NCBI GenBank assembly: GCA_050013715.1
Contig: JBEKES010000002.1
Coordinates: forward strand, 1-49,957
Reading direction: 5' to 3'
From: Candidatus Micrarchaeaceae archaeon
GTDB taxonomy: Archaea > Micrarchaeota > Micrarchaeia > Micrarchaeales > Micrarchaeaceae
Length of the DNA: 49,957 bases
Shown: piece after piece, positions 49,281 to 49,957 of the stretch
How positions within the stretch are numbered: position 1 is the first letter of the stretch
Layout: every line of letters starts with the position of its first letter
The notes under the pieces: model-generated
The model's database searches: none
Told to the model about the DNA's origin: nothing
The model's input: only the letters and a program-made list of their open reading frames with translations
Made by a program: the position numbers and the translations under genes

Positions 49281-49957
49281 ATGCAGGAAAACTACGATGT
49301 AATTGTTGCAGGTGCAGGATTAGCTGGCTCTTTAGCGGCTACCATGGCTGCCAAGGGAGGAGCAAAAGTTTTGATGCTTGATAGGAACAAGGAACCAGAG
49401 GTTGGCAAGAAGACCAATTGGGGATGGACCTGCGGTGATGCAGTTGCAAGTTCCCATCTTGACTACATAAAAACTAAGACCGGGCTTACATTCAAGCACC
49501 CGGAACTAGATCTCAAAGTTGATGGTGTAGTAGCTCTTTCACCAGATTTCAAGAGCAGATATTTATTCGATGGAGAAGGCTACGTCCTCGACAGACCTCT
49601 GTTCGAGCAGAAACTGCTGAAGCTGGCATTGGAGGCAGGTGCCGAATACGCCCCTGAATTCGAAGTTGAAGCACCATTGATAGAAAACAATACGGTTGTT
49701 GGCATATTCGGAAAAGACAAGAACAAGGCACACAAGGAAATAAAGTCAAAAATAGTAATAGATGCACTTGGAATAGCAACAACAATACGAAGAAAACTGC
49801 CGCAGAATCCATACGTCGACAGGGAAGTGGATATAAATGATGTTGAATCAACAGGACGATTCATTTACGAATGTGAATTCGACCATGAGGATTTGAACTT
49901 CTACGATGAGAAAAATGCAATAATACATTTGAACCAGCATTATGCACCAGGAGGCTA
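49281..49957 (+). CDS. Geranylgeranyl reductase family FAD oxidoreductase, partial
   Basis: MQENYDVIVAGAGLAGS, WTCGDAV, GYVLDRPLFEQKL, IVIDALG; runs off window. Confidence 0.85.
   Translation, partial: MQENYDVIVAGAGLAGSLAATMAAKGGAKVLMLDRNKEPEVGKKTNWGWTCGDAVASSHLDYIKTKTGLTFKHPELDLKVDGVVALSPDFKSRYLFDGEGYVLDRPLFEQKLLKLALEAGAEYAPEFEVEAPLIENNTVVGIFGKDKNKAHKEIKSKIVIDALGIATTIRRKLPQNPYVDREVDINDVESTGRFIYECEFDHEDLNFYDEKNAIIHLNQHYAPGG

Overview
Archaeal chromosomal window, most likely from a DPANN archaeon of the Micrarchaeota type (inferred from gene content, TATA/GGTGA signals and intron-containing tRNAs). Housekeeping content: dtdA, nuoABCD, prefoldin, an ABC exporter, mre11, thermosome-adk-DUF106-L34e-cmk-L14e, Mrp/NBP35, SSB, a surface-glycan cluster, proline/arginine catabolism genes, a complete SUF operon, PAC2, and a partial geranylgeranyl reductase. 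There are three tRNAs: Trp with an anticodon-loop intron, Gln, and Leu with a D-loop intron. AT-rich orphan genes are interspersed among these. The most striking structure lies downstream of tRNA-Leu(TAA) (42.8-47.6 kb). The tRNA 3' end plus trailer is repeated five more times, and each copy is followed by a TATA promoter and one or more orphan ORFs. This looks like a tRNA-anchored gene-cassette array, with no integrase in the window. Many orphan genes across the window share an extended promoter motif and basic C-termini.
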